From Azolla caroliniana (lineage: Eukaryota > Plantae > Polypodiophyta), in contig JBHGNT010000001.1 of assembly GCA_043228905.1 (NCBI GenBank), forward strand, positions 13,764,001 through 13,828,000: a stretch of DNA of 64,000 nucleotides, written 5' to 3'. Below, one piece after another: positions 62,591-64,000 of this stretch; position 1 is the first letter of the stretch; every line of letters begins with the position of its first letter. The notes under the pieces are model-generated. The model was not told the DNA's origin, did not search any database, and saw nothing but the letters and a program-made list of their open reading frames with translations. The position numbers were made by a program, and so were the translations under genes.

Positions 62591-63300
62591 GCACTGATAG
62601 GGTCTGAAGGAGTGAGCCCCATAAAGCAATATGTTCAGTGCCTTGGTTAGGAGCATAAATCCCAACCAACCATACAACTTGGCCAAGATAAGTGATTTCT
62701 ATAACCAAAAACCGACCATAGGGATCATTATGCACATTTTTGAGGATAATATTTATCCCGTACAATCAATACCACACCCAAATAATCATCACTAAGATGT
62801 GCAACATAGAATGATGAATATCCACACAAATAAATTGTGGATTCTACTAACTCATGATAGTTATGCTCAACTACATATAATATATCGGACCATTCTCTAC
62901 TCAACAAAGCTTCCCATAATATATACTTCTTATTAGGAGAACATGCCCCTCTCACATTCCATGTCACCACTTTCATTGAATCAACAATGCCATGAAACTA
63001 GTCAAAGCATGTTATAATGAATGTTGCAAATGGATTTTCATCCACCACATCCTTAGGGACGTCTATCAAAACGTTTTGTTTATGTCCTCCCAACTAATGA
63101 AAACCTCAAGAATTCGATGAATGTACAACTGGTCCCAATGTCGAATTGAAATTGAAGGGGTAATCCCTTATCCCAAATTATCATTGCCAAGGAACTTTTT
63201 GAGGACCGTCCCTTGTTCCTAAAATTCCTTGCCAGGTAGTGTGCAAACTATTATGTTGCATATTCATTGATTTCCTGTTTGACTTGCCCTTTACATGTCA
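62591..63300 (-). mobile_element. LINE (L1/Tx1-like) fragment: AP-endonuclease N-terminus and upstream sequence
   Basis: MKVVTWNVRG, DILYVVE, GVVLIV, GRFLVI, GIYAPN. Confidence 0.8.
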
Positions 63301-63527
63301 TGGATGAATAATTGGAAGACAAGGAGATGGGGAAATTGATGAGATAGAGAGATGAGAAAGTTGATGACAATGAGTGAGAATATCTATTCCATGACTGGTG
63401 TTGATCTCCTTGATGTTAACAAGGGAGATCAACCTTTTTTATAGATGAAGTGATGCATGCTAAGTATGCTCATACTTGCATGCCAAGTCATACATACTAA
63501 GTCTTACATACTACCCTTTATACAAAG

Positions 63528-63926
63528 TGTAAACGTAAGTGTTTGCGGAAGCGTAAAACAGAGAACAACACACACAGAGACAGAGAGACAGAGAGAGCAG
63601 AACACAATTTCAAAATTATATCGAGACTCAGTATACACATTGAGCTAAGTAGCACTATTTATACAAGTCCTCTTGGGACTGACAGAAGTACCATGTACTT
63701 CAATGCTCACACACGCATCTGACACTTACTACGAGACTATAGCTACCTAGTAGTCTATCCTATACTAGGCTTCCGATTGGACTGCCGGTTACGGATTGCA
63801 CCCGGCCTCCACTGCTTGCCTGTTCGGTTGCTCACCATCATACCGATCCGTTTCGCCCGATCCGTCTCGCTTACCGGCTCCGACTTATTCAGCCGATCCG
63901 GCTCCGGTTGAGCTTGCCGCTCAACA
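63528..63926 (-). mobile_element. Copia solo LTR
   Basis: TGTTGAGCGGCAAGCTCAAC...TTTACA; TSD CAAAG; related to the 13079 and 60746 LTRs. Confidence 0.93.
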
Positions 63927-64000
63927 CAAAGGTTAAAGTCGAAAGCTTGCCTAGGATAAATAAATAAATATATATATACAATGACCTAAGTTCAAGTTCA

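Overview
The window is a gene-free pile of nested, mostly decayed LTR retrotransposons from a land-plant genome. A non-seed plant such as a fern is likely, but that is only inferred from the element lineages. About 20 insertions could be resolved, many with target-site duplications (TSDs): several Ty1/copia families with tRNA-iMet primer-binding sites (PBS), a Tcn1-like chromovirus, an Athila/Phygy-like Ty3/gypsy with a large extra ORF, a divergent gypsy lineage with TGTCG..CGACA ends and 4-bp TSDs, solo LTRs and a LINE fragment. Nesting reaches five levels. No host gene or true RNA gene was found. The most unusual signals are four. (1) A gypsy lineage has no polypurine tract (PPT) and instead carries a sense copy of its primer tRNA 3' end (an anti-PBS ending in CCA) 2 nt before the 3' LTR, seen in two elements. 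(2) Antisense tRNA-like Pol III A-box/B-box modules, mostly 32-33 nt apart, sit in the U3 of seven LTRs from at least three gypsy families. (3) One gypsy lineage uses CG-centred 4-bp target sites. (4) Copia elements with otherwise unrelated LTRs share a hairpin around the PPT/LTR junction. All coordinates were read by eye and may be off by a few bases.
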